Shown: in pieces, positions 14,884-29,800 of the stretch | Numbering within the stretch: position 1 is the stretch's first letter | How the letters are laid out: each line of letters opens with the position of its first letter | Source: Rhynchobatus australiae | Lineage: Eukaryota | Length of the DNA: 64,000 nucleotides | Direction: 5' to 3' | NCBI GenBank assembly: GCA_034780895.1 | Contig: JAUZTB010000062.1 | Coordinates: 14,021,478 to 14,085,477, forward strand | Made by a program: the position numbers and the translations under genes | Notes under the pieces: generated by a model | The model's database searches: none | Seen by the model: the letters and a program-made list of their open reading frames with translations, nothing else | Told to the model about the DNA's origin: nothing

Positions 14884-17800
14884 GCGTGCTTATGTCAACA
14901 GAAGATAAAGAACGTCATGACAGTGTTGTTGAAACAATCAGTCAGAGTCAGTCTGAAGGAGAGAGAGACACACACAAGAACAAGAGAGAAAGGGAGAGAG
15001 ACACCAGCCTGCTTGTTTTCTCTGTCGATGGATGAGAAACAATAACTGTGACTGTCACTGCAATCCANNNNNNNNNNNNNNNNNNNNNNNNNNNNNNNNN
15101 NNNNNNNNNNNNNNNNNNNNNNNNNNNNNNNNNNNNNNNNNNNNNNNNNNNNNNNNNNNNNNNNNNNNNNNNNNNNNNNNNNNNNNNNNNNNNNNNNNNN
15201 NNNNNNNNNNNNNNNNNNNNNNNNNNNNNNNNNNNNNNNNNNNNNNNNNNNNNNNNNNNNNNNNNNNNNNNNNNNNNNNNNNNNNNNNNNNNNNNNNNNN
15301 NNNNNNNNNNNNNNNNNNNNNNNNNNNNNNNNNNNNNNNNNNNNNNNNNNNNNNNNNNNNNNNNNNNNNNNNNNNNNNNNNNNNNNNNNNNNNNNNNNNN
15401 NNNNNNNNNNNNNNNNNNNNNNNNNNNNNNNNNNNNNNNNNNNNNNNNNNNNNNNNNNNNNNNNNNNNNNNNNNNNNNNNNNNNNNNNNNNNNNNNNNNN
15501 NNNNNNNNNNNNNNNNNNNNNNNNNNNNNNNNNNNNNNNNNNNNNNNNNNNNNNNNNNNNNNNNNNNNNNNNNNNNNNNNNNNNNNNNNNNNNNNNNNNN
15601 NNNNNNNNNNNNNNNNNNNNNNNNNNNNNNNNNNNNNNNNNNNNNNNNNNNNNNNNNNNNNNNNNNNNNNNNNNNNNNNNNNNNNNNNNNNNNNNNNNNN
15701 NNNNNNNNNNNNNNNNNNNNNNNNNNNNNNNNNNNNNNNNNNNNNNNNNNNNNNNNNNNNNNNNNNNNNNNNNNNNNNNNNNNNNNNNNNNNNNNNNNNN
15801 NNNNNNNNNNNNNNNNNNNNNNNNNNNNNNNNGTGACACTGTTTCAGTCATTTAGCGCATCAGTGAGACCACACCAGGAGTACTGTGCATACTATTGGTT
15901 GCCTTACTTAAGGAAGGATATAAATGTATTGGTAGTAGTTCAGAGGTTTACAAGAATGGGAAGGTTATCTTTGCAGAAAGCTTGAACAGGCTAGGATTGC
16001 ATTCACTGGAATTTAGAAGAATGAGAGGGGACTTGATTAGGGCATGCAAGATCCTGAGAATAGACATGGAGAATATGATGCCTCAGGTGGGAGAATCTAG
16101 AACTCAGGGTCACTTGGATAAGAAGATGAGGCTTACGAAGGGCTCATCTCAAAAGGGCAGTGGAAGCCACCCTTACGTGTTCAAAGAGATCTGGACATCC
16201 TTGTGCCTGAATCACTAACAGTTAATGTGTATGTATGTCAAGCAATTAGTAAGACAAATAGTCAGCCTTATTGCAAGAGGTTTTGAGTACAAGAGTAGGG
16301 ATATTTTGCTCCAGATTTGCATGGCACAGGAGAGATGGAATTTGGAATATAGGAGTATAGTTCCAGTCCCCCCTCCTGAGGAAGGATATACTTGCGAGAA
16401 GTGGAAGTGCAGCCAAGACTCAGCAAATTGAAAGTGGGTTTGTCATAAAAGGGTGAGATTAAATAGACTGAACCTATAGTGTCTTGAGTTTAGGAGAATG
16501 AAAGGTGATCTCACTGAAATTCTTATGGACCTTGATACGGCAGATCCAACTTTAATGATTTGCCTGGATGGAATGTCTAAAAACAGGTCTAAGAACAGTG
16601 GTTTGGCCATTCAGGAAGGAGATGAGGAAACAAATTCTAACCGAGAGTAGCAAATGTTTTGAACTCATCACTAAACAGTTGTGGAGATTGCTAAGATTTT
16701 AGATTTTAAGGGAATCACTGGAAATGGGGTAACTCCAGAAAAGTGATACTAAGGACAGCCACGATCTTATTGAATGGCAGAGCAGGCACGAGGAAACAAC
16801 TGGCTCACTCCTGCTTCCAGTTCTTATGTGCTTTCTGGAATGTAGACACTTCTATAACTTAGGAAATGCAGAAGTCAATTTATACACAAGGTTCAATCGC
16901 TGGCCCTACACAACCATAGAAATAGAAAAAAAAGAGTAAAAATAAAAGTGCAAGGCAATCCACAAAAGTAGAAAATGCACTGAACCTACTGTTGAAATTC
17001 TGGGAAAATGGCTGCAATTTCTCTCAGGTCTTGGTGAACTTGATCAGTAATTTTCTGAGGCAGTTGTAACATTTGGCAGATAGTAATTAAGTCATCTATA
17101 CTGCAAATTAAAGAGCAAAGGTTCTGAATGACAAAGACCAACAATCCAGCCATAAATGGATTTTTCACAACTCCTTTAGACTGTTTTCCTTTTTTAGGAT
17201 CTTTCTGTGTGTTAGGGTCCAGAAGTTTCTTTAATTGATCATTTATCAATTTATCAACCTGCAGTTTGAAAGAAAAAGAAACAATTGTTGAAATTTAAAT
17301 AAAAACAAACAATATATATTCAGAATGAACTCTCACTATAAAAGGTGTCACTTGTAAATTAAGCATTTGAATCTGCATTGAGAAACTTGGCTTCAAATTA
17401 TATTGTCAATCTCTGACTTTATTTCTAGCTTTATATTTGAAGATGGTCCCTGGATCACAATATCATAACAAAAAAAAAGCATTCATCAAGAAATTGTTAT
17501 ATGGAAGGTCCATTAATTCTAGTCCTTCTATTGAGTATACCTAAACTAGTTCTTCGTTAAGACATCNNNNNNNNNNNNNNNNNNNNNNNNNNNNNNNNNN
17601 TCAAGTGGCAAGTTAAGTCAAAGCTCTCTATCTCTAACAATGAGGCAACCTCAGCAGCATGCTAGAGACAAGCTGTGGGCACTAAGTAAGCAGGTAGGAA
17701 ATTGGCTCTGCAGGGTGGTTTGTGAATATGGAGTGGAGGGAAATTGTTGTCTCAACATTCTGAAAATCATGCAAATAGTCAGGTTCAGACTCAAACAAGG

Positions 17801-20800
17801 AGGAGATTAGAGTTGACTGCTTAAGGTCAGAACAGCAGATATAGATGCAATCAAATTCATGTTCACCCCATACAGGACTTGGTCAAACAACAAATCAAAG
17901 GCAGTGGAGGAGACAAGAGAAAAAAATGAAGCAAATATTTGGAGACCAAATCTGTGTGATCAGATGATGCAATCAAGGGAAGAATGGAGATGAGAAAGAG
18001 GAGGGGAGTCAAGACTGGGTCATTTAGACATTCGAGGAATGGGAAGAGAAGGAAATGCAGGTAAATCTCTAGCTGAGACTGGACAGGTATGAATCCAGGT
18101 AAATGCAGTCCTATCCACTCGGGTAATGGAAGAGAGGCGCCAAAGGAAGATGACGTTGCCAACCACTTCAACATCAGAGTCAAAGGATTTGGCAGAGTTT
18201 TGCCATCCTGCTACTTCTGGACACAAATGATGTTAGACAATTAACCAATTGGCAGCAAATGAATACTGCACAAATGTTCCCAATCTGTGTGATGCTGGGG
18301 CCCCTACATGCAAGTACAAAGGATAAGGCAGCAGCATTTGCAATCACCCTTAACTAAAAGCCATCTTTGGAGGGCAGGCATGGTAGTGTAGCGGTTAACA
18401 TAACGCTATTACAGCGTCAGCGACCCGGGTTCAATTCCCGCCGCTATCTGTAAGGAGTTTGTACGTTCTCCCCATGTCTGCGTGGGTTTCCTCGGGGTGC
18501 TCCGGTTTCCTCCCACATTCCAAAGACGTACCGTTTAGGGAGCTGTGGGCATGTTACATTGGTGCTGGAAGCGTGGCGACACTTGGGGCTGCCCCCAGAA
18601 CACTCTACGCAAAAAAAAAGATGCATTTCACTGTGTTTTTCGATGTACATGTGACTAATAAAGATGTCTTATCCCTCCTGGGTGGTCCACTATCAGAGTT
18701 GCTAAGTCTTCTGCCAATACTATTCACTTCACATGATTATGGTTAAGTCTGCTGGAAACATGCCAAGGTTCCAATAACATCCCAGGCATGGTATTGAATA
18801 TCCATGTCCTAGAATTAGCTGACCCTCTGATCAAACCGAAAATGCTGAGCTATAATACCTCTTAAAAATGTGGAAAGTTTCCCCAGGTATTTGCTGTCCC
18901 CAAGTAATCGTAGAAATCTAACCTGGCCAACCAAGTTATCAGCAAACCCATTAGCAAAGGTGCTATTTACAATAATGTCAAGTGATGTACTTCCCAACAG
19001 CCTGCCAACTGATACTGACCTTGAATCACAGAAGAACTATTTGGCTCCAGACTTTATTACACCATTGGTCCAAACAACAAATTACATTTCAGACAATGAC
19101 TAATTGTGACTCATTTGACTAAGTGAGGCACCAAATAACCCTGGAAATAGGAACCAGAAGGAAAATTCCCCTATCCATGGGTAATATCCAACACAAAATA
19201 AGATGCTTTAGAAATTTATAGACCAATTACCTCAGGGAAAGACATTGATTTTGGCACTTACTTCTTCAAAAGGTCTCCATCAATCTGTCATACAGGGACC
19301 GATTGCTGATGATTGCATATTGGCAGACATTAGCCATCTCCAACAAGAGAGTCTACCCGTTTTGACATCATCCTTTGATATTCAATGGCAATACCATTGT
19401 CAAATATTAACAATGTTGATATCCTAGGGACCACTACTTCCTAGAAATACAATTGCCTAGAGATGTGGCTTGTGTATGACTAATTGACTGAGATAGTTTC
19501 CTCATGAAGCAATGCCAATATGAATGTATTTATATAATTTTATTCACTGCATTTAGTTGGTTATTAATATTTTTTTTAAAAAAGGAGTCCTAAGTTGTGC
19601 TGCCCTGTGAGCCTCAACTTACTTTCTCCACCCAAGTAGCTTCAGGCTAATGTCGGAGAAACTACCTCCATGGTTAGTCATACACAAGCTGAATTAATTT
19701 GTTTTCTGGAATGATTCAATATATGAGACTTACAATTTTAAAAACTTATCTTCTTTAACTGCTCATGCCACTTAACTCAACCCAACAGCACTACTTCATT
19801 TTTGATACATGGTATGAACATTTACCTGTTCATCTTTAAAATTTACCAGGAACATCGGTACAAATTCAAGTGCTCTGCTGCAGAGTTTAAAATGATGTAT
19901 TTGCAACTTAAACTGTTCAAACTTTTCCCTATCCAGGGAACCCAGAAGTTCAAAAATTTCTTCCAGCATTATTTTCTGTCCATTCTGCATGGAGGAAAAA
20001 ATCCTTTCTTCAGGAGATGGTCCAAATGGCAACATATTTCTAATTGTTCTAAATAATGATGTCTGGTGAAAGTTCAGGATGCCATCATACTGGTGCCATT
20101 CTTAAAATAAAAAAAAATCAATTACCTTGAGAAACAAAATAATTGAGAATACAGTTTCAAAGCATGCTGCTGCTATGGGACATCAATTATTTTACCTATT
20201 ACAGATCTGTAAAGATGTTAAATGTAAAATGCATTAATTGGTAGTTAATTTTCACAAAACAATCCTCAAGGACAGCAGAGGAACAAGCCCTTCAGTCCAC
20301 AATACTAAATTAAACTAATCCCACCTGCCTACACATAGTCCATTTCCCTCTATTCCCTGCCAGTTCATGTGTCTCTATAAATGCCAAATGTGGCTCAAAT
20401 AAAAGCCAGACCTTACTGACTTCAAGTTGCAGAATATAAAATGAAGAGGATTGTGCAGAACATAGAACGCTTGACAGTTTCCCATGAGCAGCAATCCAAT
20501 TGCATTCTCCAATTCAAGATCCCACAAGCAACAATCAGCTCAAATGCCCATGCAACATCAGGTTGTGAAAAGTAGTGGAGATTAAATTAACTGATGGGGG
20601 GGTGGGTGGGTTTATGAGCACCCCATCCTCACAGTATACAGCTCAGCACATGAATTCAAAAGTGCTTTTATTCAAGAAAGGCTGCAGGGACAACCCAGGA
20701 AACTACAGGCTGGTGAGCCTAACATCAATGGTAGGTAAGCTACTGGTGCGGATTCTGAAAGACAGGATTTACCTGTATAGGAAAGGAAAGGACAGATTAG

Positions 20801-23800
20801 GGATAGTCAGGATGGCTTTGTGCATGGGAAATTGTGACTCATGAATTTGATTGAGTTTTTTTTTTGAAGAGGTGACCAAGAGGATTGATGAGGGCAGGGC
20901 AGTGGACAGCCTTTAACAAGGTCCTGCACGGTAGGCTGCTCCAGAAGGTTAGATCACGTGGGATCCAGGGTGACCGAGCCAACTGGTTTCAAAATTGGCT
21001 TGGTGGTAAGAGCCAGAGAGCTGTAGGTGAGTGTTGTTTTCATATTGGAGGCCTGTGACCAGTGGTGTGACACAGGGATCAGTGCTAGGTCCACTAGATC
21101 ATCAATATTAACAATTTGGATGAGAATGTAGTTGGCATGGTTAACAAGTGAATGATACCAAAATTGGTGGTATAGTGGACAGTGAAGAAGATTATCTAAG
21201 ATTACAACAGGATCTAGGTCAACTAGGAAAGTGGACCTAGCTGATCCATCAGAAGGCCAATAAAAAGGATAGTAGATGATTACTGGGAAGTGTTCATTTC
21301 CATTTGCATCTCGAGATAACGAAGCAAACTATGCCTGTTTCCAAAATAATTAAATATACTCAAATATACACTGATAAACAGCAGGTAATGTTTATGTCTG
21401 ACAAGTACCAAGCAATGATCATCTCCATCAAGAGAGAGACAAACCATCCAGTTTAGAAATTCAATAACACTCTGATGGGAGAGGGGAGACGAGAGAATGT
21501 TCCAGGTGGGTGGGGTCTTTGACTCAGTAAAGCAGCTAGCATAATCAATGAGAAATATAGATTGAGTCTATGGTTTCCAGGATGTGCTGAGCTGTGTCCA
21601 CAACTCTGCAGTTTCTTGTGGTCACGGGCAGAGTAGTTGCCATACCAAGCCATGATGCATCTGGATAGGATGCTTTCTATGGTCAATCAATAAAAATTGG
21701 TAAGGGTCAACAGGGACATGCGAAATTTCTTTAGCCTCCTGAGGAAGTAGTGGCACTGGTGAGCTTTCTTGGCTGTGGCATCTATATGGTTGGACCAGGA
21801 CAAGCAACTGATAATGTTCACTCCTTGGAACTTGAAGCTCTCAACCCTCCTGACCTCAGCACCATTGATGTAGACAGGAGCATGTGCACCACCCCACTTC
21901 CTTAAGTCACTGACCAGCTCTTTCGTTGTGCTGTCATTGAGGGAGACGTTGTTGTTGTGACACCATGTTACTAAGCTATCTCCTTCCTGTACTCCAACTT
22001 ATCGTTATTTGAGGTATGGCCCACTACAGTGGTATTATCTGCCAATTTGTAGCTGGAGTTAGAGCAGATTCTAGCCACACAGTCATGCGTGTATAAAGAG
22101 TAGAGTAGGACACAGCCTTGTGGAGCACCCATGTCAAGAATAATTGTGGTGGAGGTGCTGTTGCCTATCCTTACTGATTGCGGTCTGCTGGTCAGGAAGT
22201 CAAGGATCCAGTTGCAGGTGGATATGCTGAGTCCCAGACTTAGGAGTTTGGTGATGAGTTTGCTTGGAATTCTAGTTTTGGCATTAGGCAAATTGCAGGG
22301 GATCAAGGTTTTCTGGGAGGCCAGAGTTAATGCATACCATGACCAGCCTGTCAAAGCAGTTCTCCACTAAGATGCACATCATTTGGATTTAGGAATATAT
22401 CATAGTTCCTTCATTATTAAAGACCATGAGTTCACTACCGCAGAGTAAAATGGAACTAATATCTTCTCCTTGGTATCATATTGTCATAGAATCATACAGT
22501 ACAGAAACAGGCCCTTCAGCCCGCTGTGTCTATGCCCAGCATCAAGCAGCTATCTATAACAACACCATTTACAGCACTTGGTCTGCAGCCTTCTATGCCT
22601 TGACAATTCAACTACATACTTCCTAAATGTATTGAGAGTACCTGACTTCACCATCCACTTTGATAATGTATTCCATATTCCAGCCATCCTCTCAGTGAAC
22701 AAATTCTCTCTCAGATCCCCTCTCAACCCTCTATCCCTTCCCCTAAACTTATACCCTTTAGTTGTAGACATTTCTGCCATGGGGTAAAGGTTCCTACCAA
22801 CTACCCAATCAATGCCTCTCAGTTTTTTTTATAGCTCTGTCAGGTTCCCCCTTTGCCTCCTCTGCTCTAAGAAAGACAAACCCAGCCCCAGTCTTTGGCA
22901 GTCCTTTGGTACAGAGGATCACTTGTTTCCATTCCAGTTTTGTGGTTGCTGATGTGACTGAAGAGGAGAATATTTGGCCCAAAGACTGTCACAGTTGGGC
23001 AGGAGTGCACGGTTGGACAGGTGGTTGAGTAGTTTGAAATGTGGTGCTCTCCTTCTGTCAATTATTCGGATTTCAGTGGGGTCCCAATGCATTCCTCAAG
23101 GTTCTCAATACCATCCTGAATGCTCCTACTTACTTTGAGAGTCATGGGCCAGGACTTCCAGGAGTCAGTGGGGACGTTGCATCTTTTTCCCCCCCAAGTA
23201 GGCTTTGGGAACATTCTTGAATCCCTTCCTGTCACAAAGCTCACGAACTTAGCAGTTTGTGTGTAACAGCACAGGCAACTTTCACACCATAGAATGAGGT
23301 TCAGTTGTACCATTACCAGAGCCACTGCAGCCCCTCAATGCCATCCATTCAGCCCCTCAATGCCACCCATTCATTCCTTAAAAGGCAAATCGCAGTCTAA
23401 TTATAGTGCACGCATTTCTTTTCACATTGGGTTTCAGACACAGTAATGGCATCACAGATAACTTGTTGTTTCTTACCATTTTCAGGTAGATCAGAAGGTA
23501 TCCATAACGTCCGTTGAGCAATTTCTTCAAAACTTCTATGCCCTTTAGCTACACAATACCAATATTTAATAGGTTTTCCCTTGTAAATAGGTTCCACAAA
23601 TAAGTAGCTGTGCACAAGATAACCACTTTTGTTGAGATCCCTAAAGGATAAAGAGGAAATTATATAAATTGAAAACACCATGAACTAGAAATTGACCAGG
23701 GGACAGATGTCGGTTTTGTTTGAGGATGCTGTGGCTGACAGGTCTGGGTGGGGAGGTGATAAAGCATTTTGTATAAAACCTGTAGCCTTGGCTCTTACAT

Positions 23801-26800
23801 CACAGGGAAAGCGTACTGTTGGGATTCCCTCCCTGACAACGACGGAGAAGAAGATTGGTGATTGGTGAAGTGCAGGGCTGGGTGGGCAAAGAGGCAGTTG
23901 AGGGTAAATAAATGAAGGTGGCAAAGAATTGGTGTAGGCGGGATCAGGGGTGGATTGATGAGAGGTAAATTGCAGGATGTGGAAATTGCAGGGCAGAAGA
24001 TCAGAGGGGTAGGGAGAAGGTCATGAAGAGGTAGAGGTGATACTTGAGAAGAAAAGTTCAGGAAGAAAGGGCCAAGGTTGGGGTTAGGATGCAGAGACGA
24101 AGAGAGAATTGGCAGTAGAAAAAAAAGGATTTGGGAGAAGATAGCAGTGGAGGGAAGAAAATGGGCTTGGGAGTAGAGTGAGCGACTGGGACGAGGAACG
24201 GAGGTGGTGAAATGACCAGGGAATAGGAAAGATATAAGAGGGCATGCAGAGGAGAAGTCTGAGGGGGGGAGGGAGGAGGACAGAGGTTAGTTAGGAGATT
24301 ATCATGGGGACGGACCAGCGAGGAGAGAGTCATTGGAACTGAAGCAGACAGCAGAATGGTTGAAGTTTGCAAGGAGAGGTGTGAGGGGTCATGGAGGTGG
24401 AAGGGAGTAGACTGTAGTCATGGGGCAGTGTGCATTGTCAGGAAGTAAGATGCTGGTGATCACCAAGGTGGTTAACAGCACAACTTGGAAGAAAACGAAA
24501 TTACCCTATTGAAGAACAACCCATCCTGCTGAAATCTTCACTGCCAAGCTTCACCCCAGGACCCTGGTGAGTCTGAGCACTCCAAGCAACAAAGGATCAG
24601 GCTTTAACGCTCTGGGTAAGTGCTGCCCTTGCTGATCACCTTCCTACCTAGGATCTTCTCTCCAGTCTTTCCCTCCCCACTACTAAAATGCAACCCTGTT
24701 GCCCATAATTGGTAGTCCACATCCCCACCCCACTCCCCATGTTCATGCACAATGCCTGTTCAATAAATTTTCAAGTACTGAAAAATTTTTAGGTCCCTAC
24801 CTTTTATTCAAAGTCTACTGCAATTTACAAATGCGATCTATCATTGTTGGCAGTGAATTACCACTACGCTGTTCAATAAATGCCCATCAACTAAAATTAA
24901 GACAACAGATAAGGAGTAATAAATTTTACATGGGCAAGTAAATGGGCCCCATAGAATTTTTAACCANNNNNNNNNNNNNNNNNNNNNNNNNNNNNNNNNN
25001 NNNNNNNNNNNNNNNNNNNNNNNNNNNNNNNNNNNNNNNNNNNNNNNNNNNNNNNNNNNNNNNNNNNNNNNNNNNNNNNNNNNNNNNNNNNNNNNNNNNN
25101 NNNNNNNNNNNNNNNNNNNNNNNNNNNNNNNNNNNNNNNNNNNNNNNNNNNNNNNNNNNNNNNNNNNNNNNNNNNNNNNNNNNNNNNNNNNNNNNNNNNN
25201 NNNNNNNNNNNNNNNNNNNNNNNNNNNNNNNNNNNNNNNNNNNNNNNNNNNNNNNNNNNNNNNNNGGCCGAACTGTTGATTGGCTACAAGAAAGAAACAA
25301 AAAAACAAAGTCAGTCCATTAACATGGACTTATCTTAAGCATTTGAGAGCTCTTTCTCACCAAGATTTTATTACATCATCAGGGATAATGTGACAATGCA
25401 TTGGTATAATGTCATTATCAAAAATTCTGACAAATTGCTGGCCACTATTAATATGACGATTTTACGTAGCACTAATAAATGAGCAAGAAGCTCTCCCAAT
25501 TAGTCACCCTTCTTAATTGAAACAAAACTCAACCAAAAATAGATTGACATTATGTAATTTTAATTACATTTAAATGCCAATTTTTAAAATTAGTTTATTA
25601 CATGTCTTTCAGTAATACATATTGTTTAGATAATTCCTGATTTCAGGAATAATATCCTAATTATTTATGAAATTATCATTTGAATCCTTTGTGATTGTAT
25701 TTGAGTCAAATTGCTTGTAATGATCTCCAAAAAAATTTGTCAGATTAACAGCAACTCCTCTTTCTGTTATTTATGCAAAACTAAGACCAAATAAATATTT
25801 GCTTCTTTTCCCCCACAGTGGGAATCCCTTCTTACTTCATTTTGAAGTTTGAAACAAAAAAAAATCAAACAAAACAAAATGTTGATTTGTGAGAAAAAGA
25901 AATAAAAAGACTTGCATTTTAATGGCATCTTTCATATGCCTTTCAGGACATCTCAAAATGCTTTGCAAGTAAAGAAATACTTTAAAACTGTAACCACTAT
26001 TCTAATGTAAGAAATGTAGTAGTTAAGCAACACTCACTGATTGCAATCCAAAAATGACAATGTGGTCCAATTTTATAATATTGGTTGAAAGNNNNNNNNN
26101 NNNNNNNNNNNNNCAGGACCCAAGGTAATTTTCATGCTCTTCCTGAATACTATGATGGGATTCTTCACAACAGCACATTCAAGGAGAGATCAATCAAGAA
26201 GAACCGGGAAGTGGGATGGGAGAAGAGAGCATATTATGACTGACAATGAAAGGCAAAGGTAAAACTGGAAGGGATGAATAGCTGGGACATGGACAGGAGC
26301 ACAAGCACTGGACATGGAGCACAGACAGGGCCTCAGTTTAATGTTCCATCTGAAATATTTTTGGCAAAAGTGCAAGCTCTAAAAGAAGTTCAATTCTCTA
26401 AAGAGTTAAATCTATGTTGCATTATTTCTATCAGCTTCAAATCTCCAGTGAGTTCATCCAAGAAGAGTTTGAGTACTATTTGTCAGGAAAAGAGCCTTTT
26501 TGAGCCCCCAGCAAGTCAATAGAAAGGTGAAAAGGCATGGAGCAAGGGTCTGGGATGATCAGCAGGAGGTGAGAATGGTCAACTCGAGCAACCTTGAGAC
26601 AACTAGCAGGCAATAGTGCAGGAATCACAACAGCACATTCAAGGAGAGATCAATCAAGAAGAACCGAGAAGTGGGATGGGAGAAGAGAGCATATTATGAC
26701 TGACAATGAGAGGCAAAGGTAAAACAGGAAGGAATGAATAGCTGGGACATGGAGAGCAGCACAAGAACTGGACATGGAGCACAGTAGGCTCAGAAAGCTC

Positions 26801-29800
26801 AGGAAAGGGACCACATGGGCTCGACAAAAGGAGTGATCATTATTGAAATATATAGGGAGAAATAAAGGAAATTTCTGAAATCTTCCTGAGAACACATTTT
26901 TTTCCTGCTTACTTCATATTCTTCGGGAGGAGAGACCAAGTGGAGACAGCAAATGAGTCAGTTGTTCTCATTTTTAAATCCCAAATTAGAATTTCTTCTT
27001 TTGTTACAATCATAACTTGACATTCTTTGCAAGTAACTGCATTTTATTTCCTACAGCAAAATATCTCTCACTGAAGATTAACACAATAGTAATGTTATTT
27101 ATTCTAGCTTAAAAAGATGCCTCAGGAAAACACTGGACTTACTTCTGTTTATCAGATTGTGGCATGTCTTGGTCTTCTGGGTTTGATTCCGAAATGTTCG
27201 TATTTTTATCATTTGATTTTCTTTCACCCTATGAAAATCATTTCCAAAATCATTTCTCTGGTTCACATTTCCATTCAGAAATAAATTGCATTAATAACAA
27301 AATGAACAAACTATTGCATCATTTGTACTTCACAAATGTGTGATTATACCAGTTTACTATATTATTATAAAAGGATGAAATAGATTTACATTAAGAATCC
27401 CTGATTTCAAGGTGAATTAATTGACACCGTGGAGTTTTTCCTGGCAAACTCCTCATTATGGATATAACGCATGTTTATCANNNNNNNNNNNNNNNNNNNN
27501 NNNNNNNNNNNNNNNNNNNNNNNNNNNNNNNNNNNNNNNNNNNNNNNNNNNNNNNNNNNNNNNNNNNNNNNNNNNNNNNNNNNNNNNNNNNNNNNNNNNN
27601 NNNNNNNNNNNNNNNNNNNNNNNNNNNNNNNNNNNNNNNNNNNNNNNNNNNNNNNNNNNNNNNNNNNNNNNNNNNNNNNNNNNNNNNNNNNNNNNNNNNN
27701 NNNNNGCATATTTCACATTAGAGACAGAGAGAGGATAAAACAACAATGCTACAAGGGGACCTACAGACATTAATCTTGTGCAAGAATACAAATTTATTTA
27801 ATATGTTAAAGGCGACAATTGAGTAAATTGTAAAACTTAAGATAGATAACTCACAAAGTAGTAATGCCTTTCTCCCTAGAGTGTTAACAAAAGGTGAGAA
27901 AATTACTGTTGGTTTTCATAATCTTTTTGACCGCTCTAGATTCAGGAACCATCCGTTCTCCAGCACCTCACTTCCATTTCCATCTCAAGGGGACTGCTTC
28001 CAATTGGTCTGCTCATACCTATCCAATTGGAGCCAATTTCAAATAAAGACCCCTTTTACTTCAAGTACACTGCCACCATAATGGCCCTCTTCTTTCTGAT
28101 TAAAATGTTGTTCCTTGACAGCATAATCAGCAGATATGGGGTCAGCTTCAATGTGCTCACTGATAAGGCTGGGCCTAATTCTACATCGCCTCTCTACTGT
28201 ACCATGCGACTGATTCCACTCCTGAGTGAGTCACAACTTCCTTCAGCCAAACATTGGTAATACTAAAGAAATTGTCTTCAGATCTTGAAATAAACCATCT
28301 CCATTGCCCATCCAGGCCGGTAACTTAGGCCAGACCAGACTATCCATTGTCTAGGTATTCTATTTGGTCAGAGGCCAAGCTTCCAACCCCAAATCATTTC
28401 CAAAATATCTCTCAACTCAATCCATTTTCTGTTGACTCCCAGATTCAACTATTTCAATGCTCTTCTACCGATTCTCCCCTCTGCATAAACTTTATTTTAT
28501 CCAGAAGTCTGCAGCTAAAGTTTGTGCTCAGTGACCCACATTGACTCAGGTTGCATCAATTTTAAACNNNNNNNNNNNNNNNNNNNNNNNNNNNNNNNNN
28601 NNNNNNNNNNNNNNNNNNNNNNNNNNNNNNNNNNNNNNNNNNNNNNNNNNNNNNNNNNNNNNNNNNNAAGAAATGGCCGACCCCTCATTCTGAGTCGGTG
28701 CCCCCAGGTTCCAGAGTCCTCAGCCGGAGGAAACATTCTCCCCGTTTCCAGCCCTATCAAGCTCTGCAAAAATTTGCAAGTTTCAGTGGGATCGCCTCCA
28801 GAGAATACTAGTCTAAACACAAACTTTCCTCAGAACCTCTGGGCCAGGACCCTTCACTGCACCCTGCTCCCCCAACCCTGCAATCTTTGGAACTTCCCAC
28901 CTCCTTCACCTCACCACTCGTGGTCAATTTCAGCTGCACCCAACCCCCACCATCTTGCTCTATTACTTTCTCACAGCCCTCTGTCTCCCCAGCTCTCTCA
29001 TCCTTTCAGATCATCATTATAAACACCCCTTTATCTCAGAGTTTAGTTGCTCTTTCTAATTGTTCCTTCTTTGGCCAGGCATCCATTTTTCCTTCACGTT
29101 AGTGAAGTATACTGTGCTAAAAATGCATTTCTTATGTAAATTATTGATGTTTATACAAAATAATCAGCTGGGAATGGGAGAAAAATGTAACATCTGGAAA
29201 ATTAAACAAAAAAATCAAATTTTTCCTGAATTTTATCATGACTTAATACTTTGGTGAAGATGTGCATTTCCTTGTACAGTATTTACCTTATGTAACAGCT
29301 GGTAAATAATAAAGGATCTATAATTTTTCAGGTATCAAGATTCTTCATTAAAAACATAGTTCCCGAGGGTCTGACCAAAGTAGAGTAACTCGAGGCAGTC
29401 ATCTTTTCTGCCACTTTTAAACTTGTTTTTCTTTTTTAATCTTTCCATTGACACTCAAACTGCATCTTTCTTTGTTGCCTTATGACCCTTCCCCAAATAA
29501 AAGAGGCTGCATTGTTTAAACATCAGAGCCATGGTTTCTCGGGGCAGATTGAGGAAATTCAACCAAAGATGATGGCAGTGTTTGAAACTGTCTTCCACAA
29601 ACTGCCACAATGCTGGGTCAATTGTCACTTCTGGACAATGGATTTTTGTTAACTGGATGAATGGTGCACAGAAAAGACAGGTAAATATTTTGCTCTTATT
29701 TTTGCGCTACTTTATTCCAATCTTCAGTTATCCATGATCTGTAGAACCATACCAACCTTTTTTGTTGGTCAATGAGTTTGCTTATTTTCATTTATTTTCC

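Noticed and set aside
14895-15985. Long ORFs of 100-318 aa in the ORF track (also near 2.7, 25, 27.5, 32, 44, 48 and 52.7 kb)
   Set aside because: They are runs of N translated as X.
18375-18445. tRNA-like sequence with A and B boxes
   Set aside because: It is the head of a SINE, continuing into the V-core with further copies in the window, not a tRNA gene.
23900-24420. Purine-rich tract with ORF 24058-24372
   Set aside because: Low-complexity GA-rich sequence with no coding evidence.
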